Shown here piece after piece: positions 25,401 through 33,596 of a stretch of 34,644 nt of DNA. Both the position numbers and the translations under genes were made by a program. Below the pieces are notes generated by a model. That model worked only from the letters and a program-made list of their open reading frames with translations. It searched no databases and had not been told where the DNA came from. Source of the stretch: a virus (lineage: Duplodnaviria; Caudoviricetes); IMG/VR virus record IMGVR_UViG_3300037419_001053, positions 1 to 34,644 of that record; one strand, given 5' to 3'. Numbering within the stretch: the first letter of the stretch is position 1; the number at the start of each line of letters is the position of its first letter.

Positions 25401-26848
25401 CAGGCGAGACGCAGCCTCAGCGGCGGCTCTTCCTCGGCCTCGGGCGTCTTCTCCGGCTGCGCCTCGCCGTCGTCGAGACCGCGCGCCTCGCTCATCGGCT
25501 CAGGCGGAGCATCGTCGGCGGCCTCGATCTGCTCGTCGGTGATGTTCGAGAAGATGCCGGTAACTTCGGCGGACTGCTTTAGCTCCTTCAGCGCGGTCCG
25601 CTCGCCGATCAGGCCGGCGTCGAAGGCTCCCGTAACCGTTTCGGCGATGGTCTTTCCGGTGTCGGCCTTCTCCTTGTCGGAGAGCTGCCACAGCGGGTTG
25701 AAGGTGAAGGTGAAGCCATCCGGGACGGGAAGGCCCGTCACCGACTTGTGCAGCACCTTCAGAACCTTGTTCACGCCGGGGCGGAGATGGCGGTTTTGCT
25801 TGGCGTTGATGCCGTCGTAATAGTTGCGGACGTCGCTCTCTCCGGTCGAGTTCAGCCCGGCCGGCGACTGACCGAAGAGCCGCACGAGCGGGATTTCGGT
25901 GGCGCCGGAAAGCTGCTGGCCGAACTGCAGGAGAAGCTGATCAAGGCCTGAGAAGGCGTAGGTGTAGGTCGAGAACTCGTCCTCCGCGTCGATGAGGGTC
26001 AGGCCCTCGGTCGTTTGGAAACGGCGGATCGCCTCGACGTTCTTGGCCAGAGCCTCGAGCGCGGGTCCGCCGGCGGCAAGGATCTGGTTCAGGCCCTTCT
26101 TCTTCAGGGTCCGGAGGTAGGCCTTATAGACCAGCTGCGCCGCGCCCGTGGTGGCGCTGTCGAAGGCCAGCAGGCGGTCGTACATGCGCTCCACGACCGA
26201 CAAGCCCCAACCTTGCTCGGCCTGGCGCTGGTAGAACGGCAGCTTGATGCCTTCGCGGCGGATCACGCGGCTGTAGTGGATCGTCGTTCCGACCAGCGCC
26301 GGGGCGTTGGGACCAACCTGATAGAACTCCGGCCGGCCGATGTTCGGACCCATGCCGGTAAGGACCTGGTCCACCGTGAGGTACAGCGTCCAGCGATCCA
26401 GGACCGTCACGCCCCTGAACTGGCCCTTATCGATCGTGTCCAATCGCAGCGGCGTAGCCAGGTCCTGACCGTCGATCATGATGACGCCGATGGCGCCGCC
26501 GTAGAGACGGGCCCAGCGCTCCGTGTCGCCCAGCGCCGCCCAGAGCTCGAGGTCGTTGGCCTCTTCGGTCATTGCCCCGATCACGTCGGGCTTCAGCGCA
26601 GCCCCGAAGTCCACGCCCGCCCGGGTCATGTCGTCGGCCACGCTGTCGACCACGGCGCCCACGACCCATGAGCCGCGATAGGCGTACTCAAGGTTCCGAG
26701 GGCGGCGCGTCAGCAGGTTGCTGAGCGCATAGCCCGCCGCGTCCATGCTGTTGCCGCTGTCAGCGCCGAGCCTAGCCTCCAAGTTCTGGAAGCTGTCGGT
26801 CGTATAGCCGCGGCCCGCCGGGACACGAACGCGAGGCTTATTGGTCAT
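25400..26848 (-). CDS. Portal protein (DUF1073-like)
   Basis: YRGSW..VDSVADDMTR, WARLYGG, IPLVRLFGQSPAGLNSTGESD.RNYYD, F.FNPLWQ. Confidence 0.92.
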   Translation of the reverse strand: MTNKPRVRVPAGRGYTTDSFQNLEARLGADSGNSMDAAGYALSNLLTRRPRNLEYAYRGSWVVGAVVDSVADDMTRAGVDFGAALKPDVIGAMTEEANDLELWAALGDTERWARLYGGAIGVIMIDGQDLATPLRLDTIDKGQFRGVTVLDRWTLYLTVDQVLTGMGPNIGRPEFYQVGPNAPALVGTTIHYSRVIRREGIKLPFYQRQAEQGWGLSVVERMYDRLLAFDSATTGAAQLVYKAYLRTLKKKGLNQILAAGGPALEALAKNVEAIRRFQTTEGLTLIDAEDEFSTYTYAFSGLDQLLLQFGQQLSGATEIPLVRLFGQSPAGLNSTGESDVRNYYDGINAKQNRHLRPGVNKVLKVLHKSVTGLPVPDGFTFTFNPLWQLSDKEKADTGKTIAETVTGAFDAGLIGERTALKELKQSAEVTGIFSNITDEQIEAADDAPPEPMSEARGLDDGEAQPEKTPEAEEEPPLRLRLA

Positions 26849-26860
26849 CGGCTACCTCGC

Positions 26861-28363
26861 TCAGCGGTAGGCCCGCATGAAGTTCTCCAGGAAGTCGCCC
26901 CCATCGGAGAACGTCAGCCCGAGCGCGTCAGCGAGGTCGGGAGACCGCAGGCCCCTGCGCTTCATGTCGTCCTTGCTTTCGACGACGATCCGGCCCGAGG
27001 AGTCGATGCGGTATTTCACGCTCGCCAGCTCGCCCGCCAGGTCCTCGGCGATGTCACGATCAAGCTCGACGAACGACGGTTCTTCCTCGCGAACCCAGCG
27101 CGCCACCTCCATCCACAGATAGTCGCGCAGCTTGAAAGGTTGGCCCTCAGGCCGCCTTTGCTTGTCGCCATCCCAGATCGCCCGCTCCCGCTCGGGGGCT
27201 GCTTCGGAGACCATGACGGAGACGACGGTTTCGCCCTGTTCTTTCAGCCTGTCCGCCACCCCGGCGCCGAGGCCGTTGGCGTCGACGTAGATGCGATCAG
27301 CGTTCCACTGTTGTCGGAATAGCTTCGCCTCGCCCGCCGTGGTCATCGTGTCCTGCTTGGCCCGGATGACGCATTTCTCGACGCGGCTTCCGACGCGCAG
27401 GATGAACACCGTCCTATCATCTCCGAACCTGGCGACATCGACGCCCAGGCGACGCTCGGCGGTATCTGATCGGGGCTCTCGCGCGATCGCGGCCTCGACG
27501 TCCTCCAAGGCGATGAGGGTATCGTCGTCCCGCTTGGGGAACTCGCCGTCGGCGCGGACCCGGACGACGTTGGAGCCCTCGCCGAACTTCCGGATCAGCC
27601 GCTCGCGGTAGGTTGGGTCGACGAGCGGGCTGTCCGAGCATGAGAAATGCAGCGGCGTGTAGTCGCTGCGGTCCTGTTTATGTGATCGCGCGAAGTATCC
27701 GATGTTGCGGGTCGGGTTCCCGACCATGAGCAGCCGAGCCCCATGACTCGACAGCGCGCCCTCGGCGACTTCGAATATCTCGTCCGGTACGCCTGAGGCC
27801 TCTTCCACTACGAAGAGGATCTGGCCGTCATCACCAACCGTCTCGACGGAGAGGCCGTCTGCGCTGATGACCACGCCGGAAGCGTGAAAGCCCTGCAGCG
27901 CGTCGGGATTTTCCTTTCGGGCGGTCCTGGCGACCGCGAACCATTCGTCTGGCGAACCCGCATCGGCGATGCGGTCCTGGGTGAGCTTGAAGAGGCTCGT
28001 CAGCCAGAGGCCTTCGGGAAGCCCGCGGGCCCGGCTCAGATCATTCGACCGGCGCGCCCACTTAGAGAGCTCCGACCACAGCACATCCCTAAGCTGGCTC
28101 GCCGTGGGCGCCGTACAAGGCACCTTCGGATAATCGAAGCACTCCAGCATCCACCAGATGGCTGCGGCGACCACGCTGGACTTGCCGACACCGTGGCCTG
28201 CTCTGGCGCTGACCTTCGCGCCCTCGGGTTGGATGGCCTCGAGGAGCTGGCGCTGCTGGGCCGTAGGGTTCAGCCCCAGTCTATGCCGGACGTAGCTGAC
28301 GTTGTCCCGGCGCCATAGGCCGCGAAGCTCCTGCCAGTCAGCCGCGTCCTTCTTGGTCAGCAG
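26861..28363 (-). CDS. terL: Terminase large subunit (~500 aa; probable CTG start)
   Basis: Frame open from 28378; Walker A RAGHGVGKS lies upstream of the ORF-track start; Walker B VVEEASG, GNPTR, nuclease LGVDVARFGDD, SPDLADAL. Confidence 0.93.
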   Translation of the reverse strand: MLTKKDAADWQELRGLWRRDNVSYVRHRLGLNPTAQQRQLLEAIQPEGAKVSARAGHGVGKSSVVAAAIWWMLECFDYPKVPCTAPTASQLRDVLWSELSKWARRSNDLSRARGLPEGLWLTSLFKLTQDRIADAGSPDEWFAVARTARKENPDALQGFHASGVVISADGLSVETVGDDGQILFVVEEASGVPDEIFEVAEGALSSHGARLLMVGNPTRNIGYFARSHKQDRSDYTPLHFSCSDSPLVDPTYRERLIRKFGEGSNVVRVRADGEFPKRDDDTLIALEDVEAAIAREPRSDTAERRLGVDVARFGDDRTVFILRVGSRVEKCVIRAKQDTMTTAGEAKLFRQQWNADRIYVDANGLGAGVADRLKEQGETVVSVMVSEAAPERERAIWDGDKQRRPEGQPFKLRDYLWMEVARWVREEEPSFVELDRDIAEDLAGELASVKYRIDSSGRIVVESKDDMKRRGLRSPDLADALGLTFSDGGDFLENFMRAYR

Positions 28364-28817
28364 GGCTGGCTTCCTTCTTCACCGCGGCGAGCAGGCCGGA
28401 GATACCGCCTTCGGTCACCGCTACGGAACCGGAGTGCTCGATGTCCTGCTTGTCGCGCCACTCGTCCTTGCGGCGATTCTTCAGCCAGAAGATCGCGGCC
28501 GTGGTGTCGGGCGGGAAATGCTCCGTGAACGGGACCTGCGTGACCTCGCCCTGAGCGTTCACTGCGATCTTCACCGCGTCATGGCTGTAGCCCAGAGCGC
28601 GACGGTAGAGCGACTGCTCCACGCGGGCGTCAGCAGCATCCTTGCCGACTTTTAGGGACTCGCAAAACTCCGGGTGTTCATGCTTCCAGCGATGAAGCGT
28701 AGCCTCGCTGACGCCGAAGAACTCGGCCACCTCTCGGTCCGTAGCGCCGAGCCCAGCGAGCTTGCGGGCTTGTTCGATGTGCTCCCGCTTGAACTTGGAC
28801 GGACGCCCGCCAGCCAT
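28338..28817 (-). CDS. terS: Terminase small subunit
   Basis: GRPSKF, HTH GATDREVAEFFGVSEATLHRWK..HPEF, SLYRRALG, PPDTTAAIFWLKNR; GAGGA RBS. Confidence 0.9.
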   Translation of the reverse strand: MAGGRPSKFKREHIEQARKLAGLGATDREVAEFFGVSEATLHRWKHEHPEFCESLKVGKDAADARVEQSLYRRALGYSHDAVKIAVNAQGEVTQVPFTEHFPPDTTAAIFWLKNRRKDEWRDKQDIEHSGSVAVTEGGISGLLAAVKKEASPADQEGRG

Positions 28818-28863
28818 TGGTCCTCACTCCCGCGAGTTCGCCGCAGCGATTGTTCGCGCCGGT

Positions 28864-28894
28864 TGGGTGTGTCACACCGGGTGTGTTACACCCA
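28864..28894. promoter_or_regulatory. Tandem palindromic operator 2x GGTGT-N3-ACACC
   Basis: ggtgtgtcacacc (28866-28878) and ggtgtgttacacc (28880-28892), between terS and the divergent RHH gene. Confidence 0.65.
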
Positions 28895-28898
28895 GCGC

Positions 28899-29174
28899 AT
28901 GACCAGCAAATCTTCGTCCGTGCGCTCGGTGCGGCTTCAGAACGATCTCTGGGCCTGGCTAGAGGCGGAAGCTGCGCGGCGCTCCCTCTCGGCGAACGGC
29001 CTGATCTCCGACTTGCTGGAGGTCGGCCGGCTTCGCGCCGCGCCCCTTCTTACCGCCCTTCGCGGGCCTCTCAGCCGCCAGCTTGGCCTTCAGCTCGTCG
29101 TGAGACATCGGCGGCTGCGAGGCCATCTTCAGGATGAGGGCGTCGCGGCAGCGTGCGGATTCGTCGTCGTCTGA
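28899..29174 (+). CDS. Arc/ribbon-helix-helix DNA-binding protein
   Basis: MTSKSSSVRSVRLQNDLWAWLEAEAARRSLSANGLISDLL fits the RHH strand-helix-helix pattern; C-terminal part overlaps an antisense ORF. Confidence 0.65.
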   Translation: MTSKSSSVRSVRLQNDLWAWLEAEAARRSLSANGLISDLLEVGRLRAAPLLTALRGPLSRQLGLQLVVRHRRLRGHLQDEGVAAACGFVVV

Positions 29175-29198
29175 TCGGTCGTTATCCACGCCGGTCAT
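28959..29198 (-). CDS. Hypothetical 79-aa protein
   Basis: ATG overlaps DUF1828 gene stop, GGAGG RBS; ARCRDALILKMASQPPMSH segment. Confidence 0.5.
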   Translation of the reverse strand: MTGVDNDRSDDDESARCRDALILKMASQPPMSHDELKAKLAAERPAKGGKKGRGAKPADLQQVGDQAVRREGAPRSFRL

Positions 29199-29920
29199 TG
29201 GGCCAGCACCCTCCGGATACCGGACTCGACAGCGGTAACGGGCACGAGCGTTGCGACTTGCGTGATCAGCGCCACGTCCTCAGTCTCAAGCTTGCGCCCG
29301 TACACGGCAAGTTTGCCTACATGATCGTCGTTCGCTGGCGTGTCGGCAAAAGCCACGTACTTGGCGCTCACCGAGACGTGGTGAGGCGCGACGGCATTGA
29401 CCAGCAGGAGATGATCATCGGCCATCGCACCGAAGTCATAGCGCCAGCGCTTTCCGCTGACGCCGCGATGCTCGTATTCGCGTGCGATGTTACTCGGCGC
29501 GACGACGCGCGAGAGGCCCTCGTAAATCTTGTCGGCCAGAACGCGCTCCGCCGCGACTGCCACGCGTTCTAGGGCCGAGATCGCCGCTGCCGCCGATGCG
29601 TTGGCGACCGCTAAAATCCCAGCGCGCAGCCAGTCGATGGCGCCGACCTCCGCGACCACCACGTCGCCGTGGCACTCCACGCCGAAGCGCGCGCACTCGC
29701 GAGCGAGAACCTTGCTCAACTCATCGCGGCCGTGAAGGAACGCGGCGGCGGCGGCCCCGCCGCCATCGGTGACGATATAGCCGTCACCCTTGCCGGTGAT
29801 GAACACTTCGACGGGCTCAAAGGACGGATAGAGGCAGTGAGTGACGATGCGTGCGCCGCTCTCCGTCACCTCGCAAACATCACCCTCCGCGAGGGCGGCG
29901 CGAATGTCATCGCAGATCAT
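29195..29920 (-). CDS. DUF1828/DUF1829-like protein
   Basis: IVTHCLYPSFEPVEVFI...YIVTDGG (DUF1828-like) and HRGVSGKRWRYDF (DUF1829-like); GGAGG RBS. Confidence 0.7.
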   Translation of the reverse strand: MICDDIRAALAEGDVCEVTESGARIVTHCLYPSFEPVEVFITGKGDGYIVTDGGGAAAAAFLHGRDELSKVLARECARFGVECHGDVVVAEVGAIDWLRAGILAVANASAAAAISALERVAVAAERVLADKIYEGLSRVVAPSNIAREYEHRGVSGKRWRYDFGAMADDHLLLVNAVAPHHVSVSAKYVAFADTPANDDHVGKLAVYGRKLETEDVALITQVATLVPVTAVESGIRRVLAQ

Positions 29921-30468
29921 GCCGCACCTCCCCGGAATGGCAGACGACCAGTCGGCGGCACATCGAACGATGCCTGCTCAGCCGTCAACGTGAGATTGAC
30001 GGCCTGGGCCATCGCCGCAAGGGCGTGCGGCAACCGCGTTAGCAATTTCGGCGTCGGCCTCCTGTGGGGCATGCTCCCCAAGCCCGCCGCCAGCGCGTGT
30101 TCGCGGTTGTCGGCCCATTCGTGGAAGTGCGATCCGCAGACCCGAGACGGAAGCCCCAAGCGAGCCGCGCCAGGGCCGTTGATCTTGCACTCATTGCCCG
30201 GCACGAGATCGACGCCGAAAATCCGGTTACCCCGCAACAGCACCGACAGGCTCAGGCGCGACACGTCTTCAGCCTTGCAGACAAACACGAGCCGGGTGCC
30301 TTCACGGGCAACCCCTTCGCTGTCGATGATCGGCCACTGCGCCGTGAGCCTTCCCGTGATGTGGCTATCGCGCCATTCGGGAAGGGCGTCGGTGAGGAAC
30401 TTCTGTTCGGCCAGGAAGCGGTCAACCTCGTTGACCTCGGCCAAGCGGATCGCGTTCGTTGTCATCAA
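29917..30468 (-). CDS. Hypothetical protein with GSHFHEW motif, coupled to the DUF1828 gene
   Basis: ATGA overlap with downstream gene; RIFGVDL...VCGSHFHEWADN. Confidence 0.65.
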   Translation of the reverse strand: MMTTNAIRLAEVNEVDRFLAEQKFLTDALPEWRDSHITGRLTAQWPIIDSEGVAREGTRLVFVCKAEDVSRLSLSVLLRGNRIFGVDLVPGNECKINGPGAARLGLPSRVCGSHFHEWADNREHALAAGLGSMPHRRPTPKLLTRLPHALAAMAQAVNLTLTAEQASFDVPPTGRLPFRGGAA

Positions 30469-30847
30469 CGGCGAAGCTATCGCCGTTATCGGGAAACTGC
30501 GAATCCACTCTACTGATAGGCTGGTATCTCAAGTGCATAACTGCCGCTCGCTCTAGCTTCGGATGCTGGCAGGTTCGGAACACATGATCCCTCCACGATG
30601 AGAGGGGGTCGCGACGCCATCCGACCGCTGGGGGGTACTAGTCAGCCGTGGAGGCTGCCGGGGAAGGCGTTGTTGTCGGGGCGTCGCGATGGGGGAGCCG
30701 CGCCAGGCAGCGAATTGGTCGCATGGCCCCGCCGTTTGGCTGGGCCGCGTCAGGCGCAAAAGCGCCGACTAGCGAATTGCATAGCGCGAATGCGGGATGG
30801 ACGCAATAGCTGGTGTCGGTCACGGTGGCGTGACGCTATAGGCGCCA

Positions 30848-31495
30848 TCACGCCGCCCGCCGCATCCTCTTTGCGTCGTAGGCTTCCCAGGCGCGGCGCA
30901 CGCCCTCCGCGGCGACCTTCACGGCCCGGGCCTGCATTCCCCGGTCGATCAGCCCTAGGTCGCGCTTGACGATGGCGTGCCAATTGATCCGCTCGGCCTT
31001 GAGCACCATCGGTTCGCAGAGGTGGCGGATCAGGGTGAGCATCCACGGCTCCGCGACCAGTCGGGCCAGGTCGTCCAGTCGCTTCCCCGCGTCGACGGCG
31101 CGTTGGCTCAGCAGCTCCGTCGCGCCGGCGCCGTCCACATGCTCGGCCATTCGGGTCGAGCCCTCTACGCCGTAACGGATCGCGAGCTCGTCTTGGTAGC
31201 GGCGGACAGCAGCGAGCGCGCCGGCTTCGATCGCCAGCGTCTCGAAACAGTCCCAGCGCTTGATGTTCTCCACCTTGCCGCGCTGAGGCTCGGTGATCGC
31301 CACGTCGGCGTTCTGAGGAAGCGCCAAGGCTTCGCGGTTGGCGTTCCAACGGGCCGGGTCATTGCGCCTCAGCATGGCGAGGCGAGCAGCCTCCGCGGGG
31401 TCGGTCGGGCGGTGGCGCTTGCGGCGAGTTTTGGACAATGCGGGCTCTCCTCGATGATGCAGTTGGTCGGGTGTTGTGGGGGCTGGCGCAGTCAT
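30848..31495 (-). CDS. Hypothetical protein, possible late-gene regulator
   Basis: Last gene of the early/replication block before packaging genes (lambda Q-like position); function is inference only. Confidence 0.6.
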   Translation of the reverse strand: MTAPAPTTPDQLHHRGEPALSKTRRKRHRPTDPAEAARLAMLRRNDPARWNANREALALPQNADVAITEPQRGKVENIKRWDCFETLAIEAGALAAVRRYQDELAIRYGVEGSTRMAEHVDGAGATELLSQRAVDAGKRLDDLARLVAEPWMLTLIRHLCEPMVLKAERINWHAIVKRDLGLIDRGMQARAVKVAAEGVRRAWEAYDAKRMRRAA

Positions 31496-32031
31496 TCCGC
31501 CGCCATCGGCTGCCGGTGGAGATAGCTGGCGAGCCGTTGCGCCTCGGCGTCGTGGCTTCGGGCGATGTCGGTCCAGTAACGCCAGGTGTCCGGCATCTGA
31601 TCAGGGGCGACGTGGCCCTTGACGGGCTTGGCGGGGTTCGCGCCGCCGGCGCCGTTGCGCCACATCGGGCCCGCCTTGCGGTAGGCTTCCGCGGCGAGGA
31701 TGCGCTGGTGGCGGATCTTGTCCCGCAGGCTCAGCGCCTCGTATTCGCCGTCCGAGAGCTCGCGCCAGGGCTGGAGCGCCCCGCCGTCCGCTCTCGGTCC
31801 CGCCGTCCGCTTCCGGACCATCGGCAGGAGTTGCCCCGGGGTCGGGAACTTCTGCGCCCCGGATTGCCGCCATTCCCGGCAGGCCGAGCGGATCGCCTCG
31901 ATCTCGAAACCGGCGAGATCGTCGCACCAGTCCCGAAGCCAGCTTTCCCGCTGCTCGACCTGCATCAGCGGAGGGCGGCAGTGTACCGCCAAACGCTCGA
32001 TTTCGTCAACGATTTCAATCATATTTGCCAT
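31492..32031 (-). CDS. Putative replicative helicase loader/inhibitor (start 32031 or 32022)
   Basis: WLRDWCDDLAGF..EAIRSACREWRQS..KFPTPGQL helical domain directly after the initiator. Confidence 0.6.
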   Translation of the reverse strand: MANMIEIVDEIERLAVHCRPPLMQVEQRESWLRDWCDDLAGFEIEAIRSACREWRQSGAQKFPTPGQLLPMVRKRTAGPRADGGALQPWRELSDGEYEALSLRDKIRHQRILAAEAYRKAGPMWRNGAGGANPAKPVKGHVAPDQMPDTWRYWTDIARSHDAEAQRLASYLHRQPMAAE

Positions 32032-32992
32032 CTTGAAGGACTCGTCTGCGGGCTTCGGCGATGATCGCGGCGTCACGGTCGGCGAAGCTCATCGGAGGTC
32101 CAGTGGCGCGCTGCGCCGAGACGTCGCCAACGGCCGGCGCTCCGGCCAACCGGCGGTCCCTGGCCTCGGCGATCATCGGGACGAAGTAGTCCCATCGGCC
32201 AACCGGGCGGCGCACACGCGCCGCTGCGGCGCGGATCGCCGGCAGCACGTCCATGTCGAGGTCGGCCGCGGGACCTTCGCCGGGCCTCAGCAGCGCCAGG
32301 ATGGGCGAGACGACGGCCAGCCTTGGGGAGGCGGCGTTGAGCGCCGCTCCGGCGGCTTCGCGAAGCTGGCCCTCAAGCGCGGCGATGGCTTTCCGGTCGA
32401 GATCGGAAAACCGCCCGCGCGCGTCATCATCAGTAACTAATATCCCTGTCTCTGTCCCTGTCCCTGTCTCTTGGAGGCTTTGTCCCGGGGGACATTCACC
32501 GTTGTCCCCGGGGACAAATTCGGGACACGGATCGGGGACGTCTTGGGGACATGCGCCGATGAACTCCTCGAACGTCGGTAGCGGATCGTCGGTCCCGCGG
32601 CGCTGGTTCTGCTTCTTGATCCGGGCGCATTCGGCCCGCCAGCGCTGACGACGCTTGCTATCCCAGGCCACCAAAACCTGTTCGGTGACGACGGGGTGGT
32701 AGAGCCTGCCATCGTCATGACGGACGAAGCCGCGCAGGGCGTCGGTCTTGTGCTTGCGGAAGGTGCGGACATCCCGCCCGAGGCCGATCAGGCGCGTCAG
32801 CACCGCATCGTCATCCGGAAGCGACCCGGCCGGGATCTGGTGCCATGCGGCCGCCCACAACAGAACGGCGTACCAGCACGCCTCAGGCGCCGCGGTCGCG
32901 GCGAGATCGCTGTCCCGAAGACGCGCGACATGGAGCGGCATGAACGGAAAGTCCTGCAGGTCGCATTCGGCAGGGATCGGCGGCGCACTCAA
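32015..32992 (-). CDS. Replication initiator (DUF1376/YdaU-like N-terminus)
   Basis: DFPFMPLHVARLRDS, LLWAAAWHQIPAGSLPDDDAVL, DGRLYHPVV; internal repeat-rich linker. Confidence 0.8.
   Translation of the reverse strand: MSAPPIPAECDLQDFPFMPLHVARLRDSDLAATAAPEACWYAVLLWAAAWHQIPAGSLPDDDAVLTRLIGLGRDVRTFRKHKTDALRGFVRHDDGRLYHPVVTEQVLVAWDSKRRQRWRAECARIKKQNQRRGTDDPLPTFEEFIGACPQDVPDPCPEFVPGDNGECPPGQSLQETGTGTETGILVTDDDARGRFSDLDRKAIAALEGQLREAAGAALNAASPRLAVVSPILALLRPGEGPAADLDMDVLPAIRAAAARVRRPVGRWDYFVPMIAEARDRRLAGAPAVGDVSAQRATGPPMSFADRDAAIIAEARRRVLQDGKYD
32432..32552. repeat. Iteron array, putative phage replication origin inside the initiator gene
   Basis: Perfect palindrome TTGTCCCCGGGGACAA (32502-32517), near-copy at 32481-32494, further GGGAC at 32522, 32535, 32546, (CTGTCC/T)n tract, AT-rich AGTAACTAATAT. 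Confidence 0.7.
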
Positions 32993-33261
32993 CCCTGCAC
33001 CCTCCCCTCGATGATCTCTTGCGCCCGCTCGTTGTCGGCATAGCCTTCACGGGCGGCGTTGGGCGCGGCTTCCTCCAGCGCGCTCATGGCGCGGGCCAGC
33101 GCGCGGAACTGGCTGAAGGCGCGCACGGCGTTGGCATAGCGTTCCTCACGGCTGAGTCCGGCGGACGCGGCGCCCAGCAGCTTGAAGTCCAGTGTAGTCG
33201 CCAGGATCGCGGCTTTGCGGGCGGCCTGGCCCATGGCGTCGGGCGCGGTGTTTTCGGTCAA
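32989..33261 (-). CDS. Hypothetical protein, 90 aa
   Basis: GGAGG RBS, TTG start overlapping upstream stop, stop overlapping downstream start. Confidence 0.6.
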   Translation of the reverse strand: MTENTAPDAMGQAARKAAILATTLDFKLLGAASAGLSREERYANAVRAFSQFRALARAMSALEEAAPNAAREGYADNERAQEIIEGRVQG

Positions 33262-33596
33262 GCGCCAGCCTCCGCGATCCGACGCTCATGGGCGCGGATG
33301 CCATGCATGACTGTGGTGTGGTCGGCGCGGTTGAGCCGACGGGCGATCTGCGGCAGGCTGAGCCGCGTGCGGCGGCGAAGCTCCCACATGGCCTCTTGGC
33401 GAGGGTGTGCGATCCGGTAGCAGCGGGAGGGCCCGCATAGCTCTTCCACGGTGAGCCCGTGACGGTCCGCGACCGCCGCGATGATGCCGTGAACGTCCGC
33501 GCCGCAAGGCCGCATCCAGAAGCGATAGGCGCGCCCGGAATCGGCGATGAAAGGGCCCTCCCCTTGCTGGTCTGAGAGGTTGGTTGTGGGAGTCAT
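33258..33596 (-). CDS. Stand-alone DnaA C-terminal (domain IV) HTH protein, 112 aa
   Basis: ATG 33596 overlaps MTase TGA; [28 protein letters not shown]...[20 protein letters not shown]. Confidence 0.88.
   Translation of the reverse strand: MTPTTNLSDQQGEGPFIADSGRAYRFWMRPCGADVHGIIAAVADRHGLTVEELCGPSRCYRIAHPRQEAMWELRRRTRLSLPQIARRLNRADHTTVMHGIRAHERRIAEAGA

Noticed and set aside
25400-26848. Possible anti-CBASS Acb1 label for the DUF1073 protein
   Set aside because: Position and motifs are those of a portal, and no appended HxT/HxS phosphoesterase domain is visible
26861-28174. ORF-track start of terL at 28174, and other over- or under-extended starts (e.g. 11067, 7916, 7305, 23997, 33833, 34369)
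   Set aside because: Conflict with motif positions, RBS placement and stop/start overlaps; corrected in the feature list
32432-32552. CRISPR array
   Set aside because: Repeats are 5-16 bp without unique spacers and lie within a CDS; no cas genes
33258-33596. Host dnaA/chromosomal origin
   Set aside because: Only domain IV is present, with no AAA+ domain, embedded in a phage operon
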